From a virus (Duplodnaviria; Caudoviricetes): a stretch of 55,023 bases of DNA. The notes beneath the pieces were generated by a model. That model did not search any database. It was given only the letters and a program-made list of their open reading frames with translations, and had not been told where the DNA came from. The DNA lies in IMG/VR virus record IMGVR_UViG_3300037469_000008, positions 1 through 55,023 of that record; one strand, given 5' to 3'. The position numbers and the translations under genes were made by a program. Shown piece by piece: positions 19,862-29,290 of the stretch (position 1 is the first letter of the stretch; every line of letters starts with the position of its first letter).

Positions 19862-22357
19862 ATGGGCAGTATCTACCGCACTAACGCATTTGGACCAGCG
19901 ATTCCGCCACGTATCCAGACGGGTGGAGTAGCGCTCTATGCCAATGGCACGGGAACTGCCTCATTCGATCATCTGCGCTGGACTCAGTACCCGGACCCGG
20001 GCCTCTCGCTCGCCACCGTCTCGCGCTGCGGTTCCACATTTCTCAACTGGACGGCCAATCTGCCATCAACCGCGACCACGCTCGGTATCGATACCTCAAC
20101 CGATGGCGTCAACTGGACTGACTCGACGCTGCAAAATGGGCAACCGATCCCGGGCATCAATCAGCAAGATCCGCCGTGGGTGGATGTCTTCAGCAGCAAC
20201 GATTCGTACTTTCACTACACGAACGTCTTCCAGGGCTATCTGGGGCGGGATAGCTTCAGTCGGGCCGATCAATCAGGCTTGGGCCCGGCAACCGATGGGC
20301 AGATCTGGACGGTGCTCACCGCAGGCTCGCCCGTGCTAGCGATCTCTAGCAACAAGGGCACGTTTACCGGGACGAACATTATTACCAACATTCAGTTGGG
20401 GACCAGCACGGCGGCGGATATGGAGGTGCTCTGTCGCGTGAGCTTCACCAGTAACTCGGACAACGTGGGCATTGCCCTGCGCATCGTATCCGCGTCCATG
20501 TACCGGGTGCGGCTCAACGCCAATACCATCGGCATCGGCACCTATGCGGGCGGAACGTTCTCTGGTATCACGTCAACGGCGTTCACGACGACACCAGGTC
20601 AATTTTACTGGCTGCGCGGGCGCGTGATGGGCACCACCATCGAGGCAAAGGTATGGGCCGATGGATCAGGAGAGCCAGGTGCGTGGACGATTTCGACAAC
20701 AGACAGTAGCATCGCTGGGGCTGGCGGATTCGGTGTTAGCAGCTTCCTCAACAGTACCAGCGACGTGGTGACGTATGATACATTTAGCGCTGCCCAGGTC
20801 GTGGACACCACATCGCTCACCGGGCAACCCACTATCGCGACGGTTGACCCCGCGAACAGCAGGCTCACGCTTTCCAGCGGCGTGTTCGCCATGTATCTCT
20901 ACAACGACTTTACCAGGGATAGCTGGGATCTCATTGCGGACATGGACGAGGCGGACCAAGCGGGCATTGTGTTCAACGTCGTGGACTACCTCAACTTCTA
21001 CCGGGTGGTGGTTAACGATGCGAAAGCTGTGAACGGCTCGCCCCAGAACACCGTGAAACTCTTCAAAATCGCAGCAGGGGTGCAGACGCAACTCTCCACG
21101 ACGGCCACTATCTCGTTCTACAGGAATACCTATCACCGACTGCGTGTGAACATCCTCTCCGGGGTGATTACTGTCTCCTTTGACGGCACACAGATAATCA
21201 CCTACACCGACAGCACGCCACTTGGAGCAGGCCAGGTCGGACTGTATGTGAACGGCTCACCTGCCCGCTATTATCAATTCTGGGTGCAGCCGCAGGGCGA
21301 CGTGCTTACTGGCACCCCTGCCGGGGACGTGGTGTCAGGGATGTTCTTGTACACACGCGCCCGCCTCGCGACCACAGACGCCACAGTCACGCCGCAGCTC
21401 CTCGACCTCAGCACATCCGTGTTCGATGGCAACATAGGCCCCGGCGCGCTGATTCCGAGCGTTGCCTACGTCGATACCTTTTGTGATAAGAACATGGATG
21501 ATCTTTGCAAGCAGTCGAGCACCTATGGCTGGTACATCGACCCAAACAAGGCGCTCATGTTTAAGGATAGGAACGTCACGCCAGCTCCCTGGATTGCCCA
21601 GAGCAGCAATATCATGCCCGTGGTGGATGTGGAGGCGGATAACAACCTTGTGGTGGATGTGGCCAATGATTTGTACAGGAATCGGCAGAAGCTGAAGAAT
21701 GTGATTGGCGCCAGTACGTTTTCAGACTCATTCCAGGGCGATAGCCAGCGGCGCTCGTTTACTTTGCGCTACCCAATAGCGCCGGGAACCACGCCAACCA
21801 TCTCGCTCAATGGCAACTCGCAAACGGTTGGGACAAAGGGATCAAGCGGCTCGCAGTGGTACTACGCGGCAGGGGATGCGACCATTGCGCAGGATACGTC
21901 AGGAACGATCCTCACGAACGCCGATACTCTCTCGGTCAACTACACCGGAACCTACACCTTTACCGAACAGATGGATAACATCGCTGCGCAGACCGCGCTT
22001 GCCGCAGTAGAGGGCGGAACGGGCATTGTGGAATCAGTAGAGGATGTCAGTCAGAAAAACATGACCGGGACTGCGGCATCTCGGTATGCGAATCAGCTTA
22101 TCACGAGGTACGGAGTGATCGGCAGAACGATCGTCTACAAGACATACAGGAACGGTTTGAGCGTGGGGCAAATTCAGCCTGTGTTCATCCCAGAGGAGAA
22201 CCTAGTCAACGCGCAGATGCTAATCACACAGATTGATATAGGCGTGCAAACGACCGCGCCCAACACGCAACTCTACAATTATATTGTGACCGCATCTGAG
22301 CTTCCAAATATTGGAAGTTGGGCGAAGTTGCTTGCATCGGGCATCCCGCTCACATAA
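19862..22357 (+). CDS. Tail hub / receptor-binding protein, C-terminal part
   Basis: Lectin-like domains, then MDDLCK...WYIDPNKALMF and GLSVGQI hub motifs. Confidence 0.7.
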   Translation: MGSIYRTNAFGPAIPPRIQTGGVALYANGTGTASFDHLRWTQYPDPGLSLATVSRCGSTFLNWTANLPSTATTLGIDTSTDGVNWTDSTLQNGQPIPGINQQDPPWVDVFSSNDSYFHYTNVFQGYLGRDSFSRADQSGLGPATDGQIWTVLTAGSPVLAISSNKGTFTGTNIITNIQLGTSTAADMEVLCRVSFTSNSDNVGIALRIVSASMYRVRLNANTIGIGTYAGGTFSGITSTAFTTTPGQFYWLRGRVMGTTIEAKVWADGSGEPGAWTISTTDSSIAGAGGFGVSSFLNSTSDVVTYDTFSAAQVVDTTSLTGQPTIATVDPANSRLTLSSGVFAMYLYNDFTRDSWDLIADMDEADQAGIVFNVVDYLNFYRVVVNDAKAVNGSPQNTVKLFKIAAGVQTQLSTTATISFYRNTYHRLRVNILSGVITVSFDGTQIITYTDSTPLGAGQVGLYVNGSPARYYQFWVQPQGDVLTGTPAGDVVSGMFLYTRARLATTDATVTPQLLDLSTSVFDGNIGPGALIPSVAYVDTFCDKNMDDLCKQSSTYGWYIDPNKALMFKDRNVTPAPWIAQSSNIMPVVDVEADNNLVVDVANDLYRNRQKLKNVIGASTFSDSFQGDSQRRSFTLRYPIAPGTTPTISLNGNSQTVGTKGSSGSQWYYAAGDATIAQDTSGTILTNADTLSVNYTGTYTFTEQMDNIAAQTALAAVEGGTGIVESVEDVSQKNMTGTAASRYANQLITRYGVIGRTIVYKTYRNGLSVGQIQPVFIPEENLVNAQMLITQIDIGVQTTAPNTQLYNYIVTASELPNIGSWAKLLASGIPLT

Positions 22358-22375
22358 AGGAGGAATGATGGGCTC

Positions 22376-22900
22376 ATGCTCCAAAGAAAATCACAGGCCC
22401 CAACGGGAGATTCAGGCAAAAATCAATGGACGGTTGAGACGCTCCGTGAGCACCTTCTAGCAATTATCATAACAAATGACGCAAAGTACTCAGAGCGATT
22501 TGAGGCATCGCAAAGTGCGATAAATGCCGCGTTTCTGGCACAGCAGACGGCCATGCAAACCGCTCTCACGGCACAGAAAACTGCGACGGATACGGCTCTA
22601 GCATCTGCTGATCGAGCTGTGACGAAAGCAGAAGTTGCGGCTGACAAAAGATTTGAGGGCGTCAACGAATTTCGAGAAACGCTTGCTGATCAGCAACGCA
22701 CGCTTATGCCTCGAGCAGAGGCAGAGTTGCTATTCAGACAACTTACAGAGAAGTACGAGAATGTCATGAGAGAGATAGCAGGACTACGCGAGTCCCGCAG
22801 TGAGGTGACGGGCACGAAAATCGGCAGTAATCAGATTATCGCCTATCTGTTGGCGGCGGCAGGCGTCGCTCTTGCTTTAATTTCATTCTTGACGAGGTAA
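22376..22900 (+). CDS. Coiled-coil protein with C-terminal TM helix (lysis region)
   Basis: KRFEGVNEFR motif; hydrophobic C-terminus. Confidence 0.7.
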   Translation: MLQRKSQAPTGDSGKNQWTVETLREHLLAIIITNDAKYSERFEASQSAINAAFLAQQTAMQTALTAQKTATDTALASADRAVTKAEVAADKRFEGVNEFRETLADQQRTLMPRAEAELLFRQLTEKYENVMREIAGLRESRSEVTGTKIGSNQIIAYLLAAAGVALALISFLTR

Positions 22901-22939
22901 AGGAGCGTAGATGCCGTCTCGTGTGTGCAGGAGAGGACA

Positions 22940-23107
22940 ATGAAAAACCTGATCCAGCCAACCATCATTCTCTTGTTGTTCGTCTTCGTACGCTGTGCAG
23001 ACATCGCGATCACGTCGGCCATGGTACGGAGCACTATCCGCGCTGTTACCTACGGTATTGTTGCAATTCTGGCGCTCATTGCGCTCATTGTCGCACTTAT
23101 CGCATAA
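22940..23107 (+). CDS. Small two-TM membrane protein
   Basis: SD GAGGA; two hydrophobic stretches. Confidence 0.6.
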   Translation: MKNLIQPTIILLLFVFVRCADIAITSAMVRSTIRAVTYGIVAILALIALIVALIA

Positions 23108-23137
23108 GGAAAAACGCACGGGCATTGAAGGAGATCT

Positions 23138-24745
23138 ATGGGAATATCTCAATACGCGGACATCAGCGCCTATCAGGGCATCATCGACTGGCAGAAGTAT
23201 GTTGCCTGGGCAAAGAGCTTCGATGGCACTGCGCGCGTCGCCATGAAAGCCACAGAGGGCGCGGGATTCACTGATGCCCGCTTCGCCGCCAATCGCGCAG
23301 GGGCGCTCGCTGCGGGCGTGGACAGCATCATTTTCTACCACTACGCTCGGTCTGATCTCAATGCTGCTATAGCAGAAGCTGACTGGCTGACTCACGTCGT
23401 TGGGCTGATCCGCGCGCAGGATCTGTTCATGCTTGACTACGAGCAGGGGACGCCGCTGGCGACTGCGCAATGGGCGTATGACTTCCTGACGCGACTCGAA
23501 TCGCTCACGGGCCGCACGCCTATTATCTATGCGAGCACAAGCTACATCCGCGCCCACCTACAGGATGCGCGCCTCGCACACTTCCCGCTCGTGCTGGCCA
23601 ATTGGACCTACGACCCAACGGTGAGGCCTGCTTGCCCTGCGCCGTGGAAGTCGTATGCCTACATGCAGTACAGCGACAAGGCCACGATCCCGGGCATCCA
23701 GGGCGCGGTGGATGCCAATGTTTATATAGAGGACAGACCTATGACAGATCTCAATGTACACGGAGAAGTCGCAGACTTTCTCGACGACGACCAATTCATT
23801 GTCGGGCGCAGCGCATATGAATGCGTTGCCTATTGCGCTGCGCTCATAAAGTTTGCGGGCGCCCCCGGACATGGATCATCAGGCACGGCTCGGCAGATAG
23901 CTGATCTCGCGCAGGCGTGGTACGCGCGCGAGGAGGGAAGCAATCTCGCGTCCAACACCAATGGAATGTCACTCTCAGACGAATACGACATGCTTGCTGG
24001 AATTGGTTTGCGCTATCAAGTCCTCAGTCCTACTGTCACGGCGGTAAAGCAGGCTCTTGGTAAAGGATATCCTGTCCTACTTTGCGGGGCAGAAATAGGA
24101 TTTTATGATCTGGATCTCGGGCATATCCCCTATTCATGGCCTCCATCAGGCAATCACTGCATCGTCGCGAGCGGCGTCGATGGCACCGGCAATCTGCTGG
24201 TCCACGACTGCGCATCCATTGGCTCCGCTGGCGTGCGTCCGGGTCCGCGCAGATATGATATCAGCAAAATGCAACTGGTCAGTGCCACGGCTATCCTTGT
24301 GCCGTGGATAGGAGAAGATATGGTAGATATCAACAACCCCTGGGTAAAAAGCTACTTCACTCAGACTAGCACCAGCCCCGATCGCTGGCACTGTGCGAAA
24401 ACAGGCTTTGATCTTTTCGCGGGCATCCTGGCCGGCTGGCGCGCGATGAATGGCGCTCCGCGACTTCCACTCGGGCCAGAGGTGAAATGCGGGCGTCTGG
24501 CCGTCTACCAGGAGTGTGAAAGCGGGATTGTGCTCTACGATCCTGGCAGAGAATTCGACGCGCCTGGTGGTCCTTGGGCGCCGTGCTATCTGCTCAAATT
24601 GGAAAGCGATCTGGCAAAGAAGTTGCTTGGCAGTGGTCAAACTGCGCCAGCGGACACCACCGCGCTCATCGCAGCCATCAACGCGATTGCTGACGGCATT
24701 GCGCCGCTGGTGGCTCAGGCGCTGGTGGAAGCAGGGAAGCTGTAG
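23138..24745 (+). CDS. Endolysin: GH25 muramidase + C39-like cysteine peptidase + C-terminal domain
   Basis: DISAYQG, KATEG, LDYE, QYSD, VDAN; C...GYPVL...NHCIV...VHD. Confidence 0.9.
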   Translation: MGISQYADISAYQGIIDWQKYVAWAKSFDGTARVAMKATEGAGFTDARFAANRAGALAAGVDSIIFYHYARSDLNAAIAEADWLTHVVGLIRAQDLFMLDYEQGTPLATAQWAYDFLTRLESLTGRTPIIYASTSYIRAHLQDARLAHFPLVLANWTYDPTVRPACPAPWKSYAYMQYSDKATIPGIQGAVDANVYIEDRPMTDLNVHGEVADFLDDDQFIVGRSAYECVAYCAALIKFAGAPGHGSSGTARQIADLAQAWYAREEGSNLASNTNGMSLSDEYDMLAGIGLRYQVLSPTVTAVKQALGKGYPVLLCGAEIGFYDLDLGHIPYSWPPSGNHCIVASGVDGTGNLLVHDCASIGSAGVRPGPRRYDISKMQLVSATAILVPWIGEDMVDINNPWVKSYFTQTSTSPDRWHCAKTGFDLFAGILAGWRAMNGAPRLPLGPEVKCGRLAVYQECESGIVLYDPGREFDAPGGPWAPCYLLKLESDLAKKLLGSGQTAPADTTALIAAINAIADGIAPLVAQALVEAGKL

Positions 24746-24815
24746 CCTTATTATCGTTTCGAGGCTGTTGGCGATAATAGCGAGAGGCTTATTATTGCCA
24801 ACAATAGGAGGAAAG

Positions 24816-25223
24816 ATGGAACCGACTATACCGCAGGACATCGCAGTTGGCCTGCCATTCGTGGCTGCGATGATCGCGCACTACCTCACTAGCGACAACC
24901 TCGCGCCCTGGAAGAACGCACTTATTGCAGCTCTGTTCATTGTCGCTACTGCTGGCCTGTGCATCTGGCTCAGTGGCTCGTTCATCCCCGGCGACCCGCA
25001 GGCATCTGTGCTGCTCGTCGTGGCGTACGTCACGCTGCTCATGCGCGGACCTTTGAGCATGCTGGCTTCGTTCTTCGCGTCCGTGCCATCGCCATTTGAC
25101 CCTGCGCCACCGACCAGTATGCAGAGCGTGGTGAGCAAGGCATATATCCCGGCTGGCAGTAGCACGCCAACGGTAGTCCCGTCACGTTCGAGCGCACAGC
25201 CACCACAGCCACCGATCGCATAA
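24816..25223 (+). CDS. Holin-like membrane protein
   Basis: SD AGGAGG; three hydrophobic segments; follows lysin. Confidence 0.65.
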   Translation: MEPTIPQDIAVGLPFVAAMIAHYLTSDNLAPWKNALIAALFIVATAGLCIWLSGSFIPGDPQASVLLVVAYVTLLMRGPLSMLASFFASVPSPFDPAPPTSMQSVVSKAYIPAGSSTPTVVPSRSSAQPPQPPIA

Positions 25224-25258
25224 AGAGAGAGCCACCCGCTGATGGGTGGCTCTCTTCA
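25224..25258. terminator. Terminator hairpin between convergent genes
   Basis: AGAGAGCCACCC-GCTGAT-GGGTGGCTCTCT. Confidence 0.8.
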
Positions 25259-25312
25259 GTTGAATATTTACTTTTGATACGACGATCAGGGCGGTTTTTA
25301 GATTCTCTCTCA

Positions 25313-26149
25313 CTACTGCGTCTCTATCAGTGAGCGCACCTCCATCACACGCACCGGCATGAGATACGTCGAGCAGAGTTTGTTGCCATAGTCAATGGTA
25401 CGGCCCCCTATCTCGCACTCAATTAGGGCCAGCGCCGGCGTTACAACGTTCCCGCGAGATAATAGATGCGAGCATCCGGCAAGATACTCTTGCCCAGCCT
25501 CCTGCGTCGGCCAGGAGAAGTAGCCGCTCGCATGGCCCGGCTTCGCGGCTTGTTTCATACGCTGTCCGATCACGTATTCGACATCGGGACGCCACAAGGA
25601 GTAGTACCGGCCATCGATCACGCGCACTACCTTGTACGAGATACGCTCTATCATCTTGGCAGGTGGCTTGCGCTGGCTGGACAGCTTTCCGGGTGCCCTC
25701 GCCCATTCTGGACGGGGCAAATTGAGCACCATGCGGCGCGTCTCATCGTTCAACTGCTGCCATATGAGTTGCTGCCAATCGCCAGATGGTTCCTGCCTGT
25801 AGTAGCGGTAGAACTGGCCTTTCCACGCCACACGCTCGCGCCTGCTGATTTTGTAGGTATCCGTCGAGTGGTATGCGCAGAGCACAACCACCAGCCCCAT
25901 CTCAGTGTCTGCGAGCAGGATTTCTGTCCCGATGTATGGCGTCTCAAATTTGCCGTGCTCGCCTTGCCGGCGAATCGTGAGCAACCACAGACCATCGGCG
26001 TTCTGACTTAACTTCGGCTCTGCCTGCTCGCGCTTCCAGATGTCCGCGAGCACATCGCCCGCCTGCATGAGTTGCAACTTAGCAACAGGCAAGTCGAGCA
26101 GCGAGATAGCGGGCGATGCTTCAATAATGAACTCTTCCAGACATTGCAT
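25313..26149 (-). CDS. Hypothetical protein (moron-like)
   Basis: 278-aa ORF, SD GAGGA, own AT-rich upstream region. Confidence 0.8.
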   Translation of the reverse strand: MQCLEEFIIEASPAISLLDLPVAKLQLMQAGDVLADIWKREQAEPKLSQNADGLWLLTIRRQGEHGKFETPYIGTEILLADTEMGLVVVLCAYHSTDTYKISRRERVAWKGQFYRYYRQEPSGDWQQLIWQQLNDETRRMVLNLPRPEWARAPGKLSSQRKPPAKMIERISYKVVRVIDGRYYSLWRPDVEYVIGQRMKQAAKPGHASGYFSWPTQEAGQEYLAGCSHLLSRGNVVTPALALIECEIGGRTIDYGNKLCSTYLMPVRVMEVRSLIETQ

Positions 26150-26214
26150 CGTATAATCCTCTCTGTCAATCTCGTAAAACAGCTTTTCTATATAAATACA
26201 TGGTAAATATCATC

Positions 26215-26244
26215 TTGTCAAGCCCTTGCCAATCGTGCTATACT
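26215..26244 (+). promoter_or_regulatory. Promoter of non-coding tRNA-like unit
   Basis: TTGTCA-N18-TATACT with TG extension. Confidence 0.65.
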
Positions 26245-26296
26245 CATCTCACATACAAGTCTCGATCGAATGTAGCGCTCTGGTATGTGGCGTAGA

Positions 26297-26376
26297 CATG
26301 GAGCAGCGTGCAATGCGCTTGCCGATGTGAGGCAGATCCGGTGCTTCGGATTCAGGTTCGAACGTTGTAAGCATGA
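26297..26376 (+). ncRNA. Degenerate class-II tRNA-like fold
   Basis: D-like hairpin, TGCC-GATGTGA-GGCA arm, long variable arm, GGTTCGAA; poor T and acceptor stems. Confidence 0.35.
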
Positions 26377-26392
26377 TGCGTTCGTAGCCGAT

Positions 26393-26482
26393 CGGGATGT
26401 AGTGTCCGATGAGGCCGGTAACAAGGAACGGCAACACGCCTGACGTATTCAGGAGATGGATGTTCGATTCATCCCATCCCGA
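26393..26482 (+). tRNA. Atypical tRNA-Pro-like RNA (probably non-decoding)
   Basis: CGGGATG/CATCCCG acceptor stem, U8A9, GTGT/ACAC D-stem, CCTGA/TCAGG with 5-nt loop, GGATG-TTCGATT-CATCC, A73; no encoded CCA. Confidence 0.8.
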
Positions 26483-26522
26483 TTTTCCGCGATTTCACCT
26501 GGACTGTTGCTTGCAAAAACAG

Positions 26523-26562
26523 GCCCTGCCTGGGAACAACTCATCAGGCAGGGCTTTGTATT
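26523..26562. terminator. Intrinsic terminator (probably bidirectional)
   Basis: GCCCTGCCTG...CAGGCAGGGC followed by TTTGTATTT; A-run upstream. Confidence 0.75.
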
Positions 26563-27026
26563 TAGGGATGCTCATCGTCCGCAATGTGCACAGGCGGTGC
26601 AAGGAACCTCGCCCACGTTGTGCGAATAACCTCTCGCCCAACCGGATGCTCGCGGGCCGCATCGCGCGCCTCGCACACCTCGCGGGGAACATCAGTTAAA
26701 TCAACGATTTCGACGGCGACAGGATCTGGAAATGTGGCAACGAGTTCTCGAATATCGGCTTCGTGCCGTGGATCCAAATTGATGTCGTCAATGATTGGGC
26801 TAAAGCCATGCATCAGCGTGTCAATGATGATTGTATTTCTTATCCTGCGCACAAACCATTCATCTTTGTAGGTATAGCCCGTGCCGAAGAGCATTGCGCG
26901 CAGCAAGTCACGCGAGATAATGATGTATCGCTCTGGATTTTCGCCGTGCAGAGCCTCTGTCCGGATTTGTCGCGCTCGTGTTGATTTCCCCGATCCCTGC
27001 AAGCCTTTCATGAGAACTACTTTCAT
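26562..27026 (-). CDS. P-loop kinase (polynucleotide kinase-like, AAA_33)
   Basis: GLQGSGKST, ISRDLLR, IIDDINL, VCEARDAAR. Confidence 0.88.
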   Translation of the reverse strand: MKVVLMKGLQGSGKSTRARQIRTEALHGENPERYIIISRDLLRAMLFGTGYTYKDEWFVRRIRNTIIIDTLMHGFSPIIDDINLDPRHEADIRELVATFPDPVAVEIVDLTDVPREVCEARDAAREHPVGREVIRTTWARFLAPPVHIADDEHP

Positions 27027-27337
27027 CTCTCCTCCAACGGAGACCATGCTTGCTCAAAATCGATTTGGTAACGGCGCAAGAAATTGATCAATTCGCCCAT
27101 GTTTTTAAACTCGATATTGACATGGGCATTAGGCGAAACAATATCAATAACTCGGGCGTCCTGCCCCCTCTCCTGATGCACACAAAAGATTTGGAAGCGC
27201 AGTGCATCATCTTCTTTTGATACCAGGAATCGGTACATCTTTGGCGCACTGGACGCAAAGAGAAGAAAGCCTGGTTCCCTCTCCCATGTCTCCGCTTGTT
27301 GCGTACTACTTAATAACAATGCCCGCGTGATTTTCAT
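27023..27337 (-). CDS. Hypothetical protein
   Basis: ATGA overlaps on both sides. Confidence 0.65.
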   Translation of the reverse strand: MKITRALLLSSTQQAETWEREPGFLLFASSAPKMYRFLVSKEDDALRFQIFCVHQERGQDARVIDIVSPNAHVNIEFKNMGELINFLRRYQIDFEQAWSPLEER

Positions 27338-27678
27338 TTTGTACTCCTATATGCATGCAGTGAGAGATTCCTCTCATAACCCCCAGAGGAATCTCTCACT
27401 GCTGATGAGTTGGGTGCTTCGACGCACATCGTGGGCATCGTCCGCGTGTGATCACCCGCCAACGTATGGCCCAGGTAAATTGGTCGCGTGACCACAGCAG
27501 TTTCGCGCCCGGTAAAGACGTGTGAACGTATGGCTCGATGGAGGTACGGGTCGCAGGCTATCCATTTCCATTCCGTGGACTGCCAGCCAATCCGGTAGCC
27601 ATTGCGGCGCTGGAATTCGTACCAGCTTGTCTTGGGCTTGCTCCGGCGAAGCAGCCGCCAGAGTTTGCTCGTTCTCAT
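27334..27678 (-). CDS. Hypothetical protein
   Basis: Fills gap in operon. Confidence 0.5.
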   Translation of the reverse strand: MRTSKLWRLLRRSKPKTSWYEFQRRNGYRIGWQSTEWKWIACDPYLHRAIRSHVFTGRETAVVTRPIYLGHTLAGDHTRTMPTMCVEAPNSSAVRDSSGGYERNLSLHAYRSTK

Positions 27679-27692
27679 ATTCTACTCGCTCT

Positions 27693-28112
27693 CTAGATAC
27701 TCAGAATTTCCTCGCCGCCAATGTTGATTTTGCCTTCGAAATGTGGGAGGACACCATGTGGTTCGTCAAGGCAACAGTAGAGGTGCAAAACCGCCGGGTG
27801 AAGATTCACATACCGGTCATTCGGCGGCCACACCATATAACACTCGCGGTCTTTGCCAATGAAGATCCTCCGCACTTCAGCAAGTTCGTCATAGGACGGG
27901 ATTTTCTTGTTGCGTTTAGAAACTGAGACATGTAGCCAGTTTCTTCCATCCTCTTTGTCAGCGATCGTCTCAATCACGCGTAACGGATTGCCAAAAAGGC
28001 GCTCCCATATCATCCCTTCCGGCCCGAATTTTTGAATGATATGCCAATCGGCAGGAGCTTGTAGTCCGCCAATGGTTTTCTCTGTATCGATTTCGTATTC
28101 AGTTGCGCTCAT
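27693..28112 (-). CDS. Conserved phage protein (WLHVSVS...P..YVNLHP..LHL family)
   Basis: Recognisable motif set. Confidence 0.8.
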   Translation of the reverse strand: MSATEYEIDTEKTIGGLQAPADWHIIQKFGPEGMIWERLFGNPLRVIETIADKEDGRNWLHVSVSKRNKKIPSYDELAEVRRIFIGKDRECYMVWPPNDRYVNLHPAVLHLYCCLDEPHGVLPHFEGKINIGGEEILSI

Positions 28113-28687
28113 GCGTTATCCTCTCTTCTCTCATGCTTCAATCTGATGGCCTCCATGGCCGGGACTGTGTGTTCATCTGGATTTTGCGCGGCTAATGCTG
28201 CCAATTTGTCCAGATAGCCCGTTTGTTGCGTCCCGACAAGCCATTGAGGCGTCATCCAGTCGGATTGCGGCGTCGTTGTTGGCGGAGGTGCTTGCTGGCG
28301 CGCCCACAAATCATCCGCTTCTTCGAGTGGCTGTTTGGATGATGGCTGCGTGCGAATCATCGATATCATTTCCTCATGCGTGTAGCGCCGATCTACCCGC
28401 ACATCTGGGACGGGAGGATTCGGACGAGTCAGCATTGTGTACTGAGTTGCCTGCCCAGGTTCCGCGCGGGCAGCCCGCGCAGCAGCTCGCAGTCGCACAG
28501 GACTCACCGGCTTCAATTCACCCGTCCCGCAATCGGGGCATTTCCACACAATGCCCTCGCGCAAAACCACCTGCCTCATAGATGTTTGCGTATGGAGCGG
28601 GCAAGGATTGGGCACCCTCTCCCATGCGGGCGTCAACTGGGGGATAGGCTGTTGATGTGCCCGCCGCCATTTCCAAAGATTCCACAT
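28109..28687 (-). CDS. Hypothetical protein with Zn-ribbon
   Basis: CPLH...WKCPDCG. Confidence 0.7.
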   Translation of the reverse strand: MWNLWKWRRAHQQPIPQLTPAWERVPNPCPLHTQTSMRQVVLREGIVWKCPDCGTGELKPVSPVRLRAAARAARAEPGQATQYTMLTRPNPPVPDVRVDRRYTHEEMISMIRTQPSSKQPLEEADDLWARQQAPPPTTTPQSDWMTPQWLVGTQQTGYLDKLAALAAQNPDEHTVPAMEAIRLKHERREDNA

Positions 28688-28699
28688 ATGTCCCCTTTC

Positions 28700-29065
28700 C
28701 TAGTCGACTGGTGACCATGGAGCAATTTCAAATTGCCCGAATTCGTCACGCAAGATAACGACACAGCGCATCAATCGTTGTAGCGGATACTCCAGACGCG
28801 AGTCGAGAGTAACGATATTGCCACGCGGCGCGTGCATCTCAATTCTGAATGCGGTGTAGACCTCTTGCCCGTTGAGTAAATTGCATAACAGATTACAATC
28901 CATCCATGCATCATCTCCCAAATGCATGGCAACAAACGCCCGCAGCGTATCTCCGAGCGTGCGCTGATACGCGTAATCGGCTTCTTTGCCATCCACAATA
29001 CAAGCTGCCGCGCGAAGAACGTCGTAGTCTTCCAGCATCTTCGACTTCCTTTCTCCAATGTCCAC
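28700..29065 (-). CDS. Hypothetical protein
   Basis: Operon-packed ORF. Confidence 0.65.
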   Translation of the reverse strand: MDIGERKSKMLEDYDVLRAAACIVDGKEADYAYQRTLGDTLRAFVAMHLGDDAWMDCNLLCNLLNGQEVYTAFRIEMHAPRGNIVTLDSRLEYPLQRLMRCVVILRDEFGQFEIAPWSPVD

Positions 29066-29068
29066 GCA

Positions 29069-29272
29069 CTACATAAGGTTGAGATAGCCAACTGCAACAC
29101 CTGCGATGAGAGCCAGCACAGCCAACAGCAGGATCGCGAAGCAGCCGATACCTGCGGTAAGTTGCCACCATGGCAGCACGTGATCCAGCGGTTTGGTGCG
29201 CGCTCGTTCTGTTCGTAAGTCGATCAAGCGTTCCTCTCTCGACTTACGATCTGGTCCAATGAGCAAGTACAT
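29069..29272 (-). CDS. Small membrane protein
   Basis: SD AGGAG; C-terminal TM helix. Confidence 0.7.
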   Translation of the reverse strand: MYLLIGPDRKSREERLIDLRTERARTKPLDHVLPWWQLTAGIGCFAILLLAVLALIAGVAVGYLNLM

Positions 29273-29290
29273 GTCGTCTCCTATTCATGT

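Noticed and set aside
17260-22357. Diversity-generating retroelement acting on tail genes
   Set aside because: No reverse transcriptase and no TR/VR pair seen
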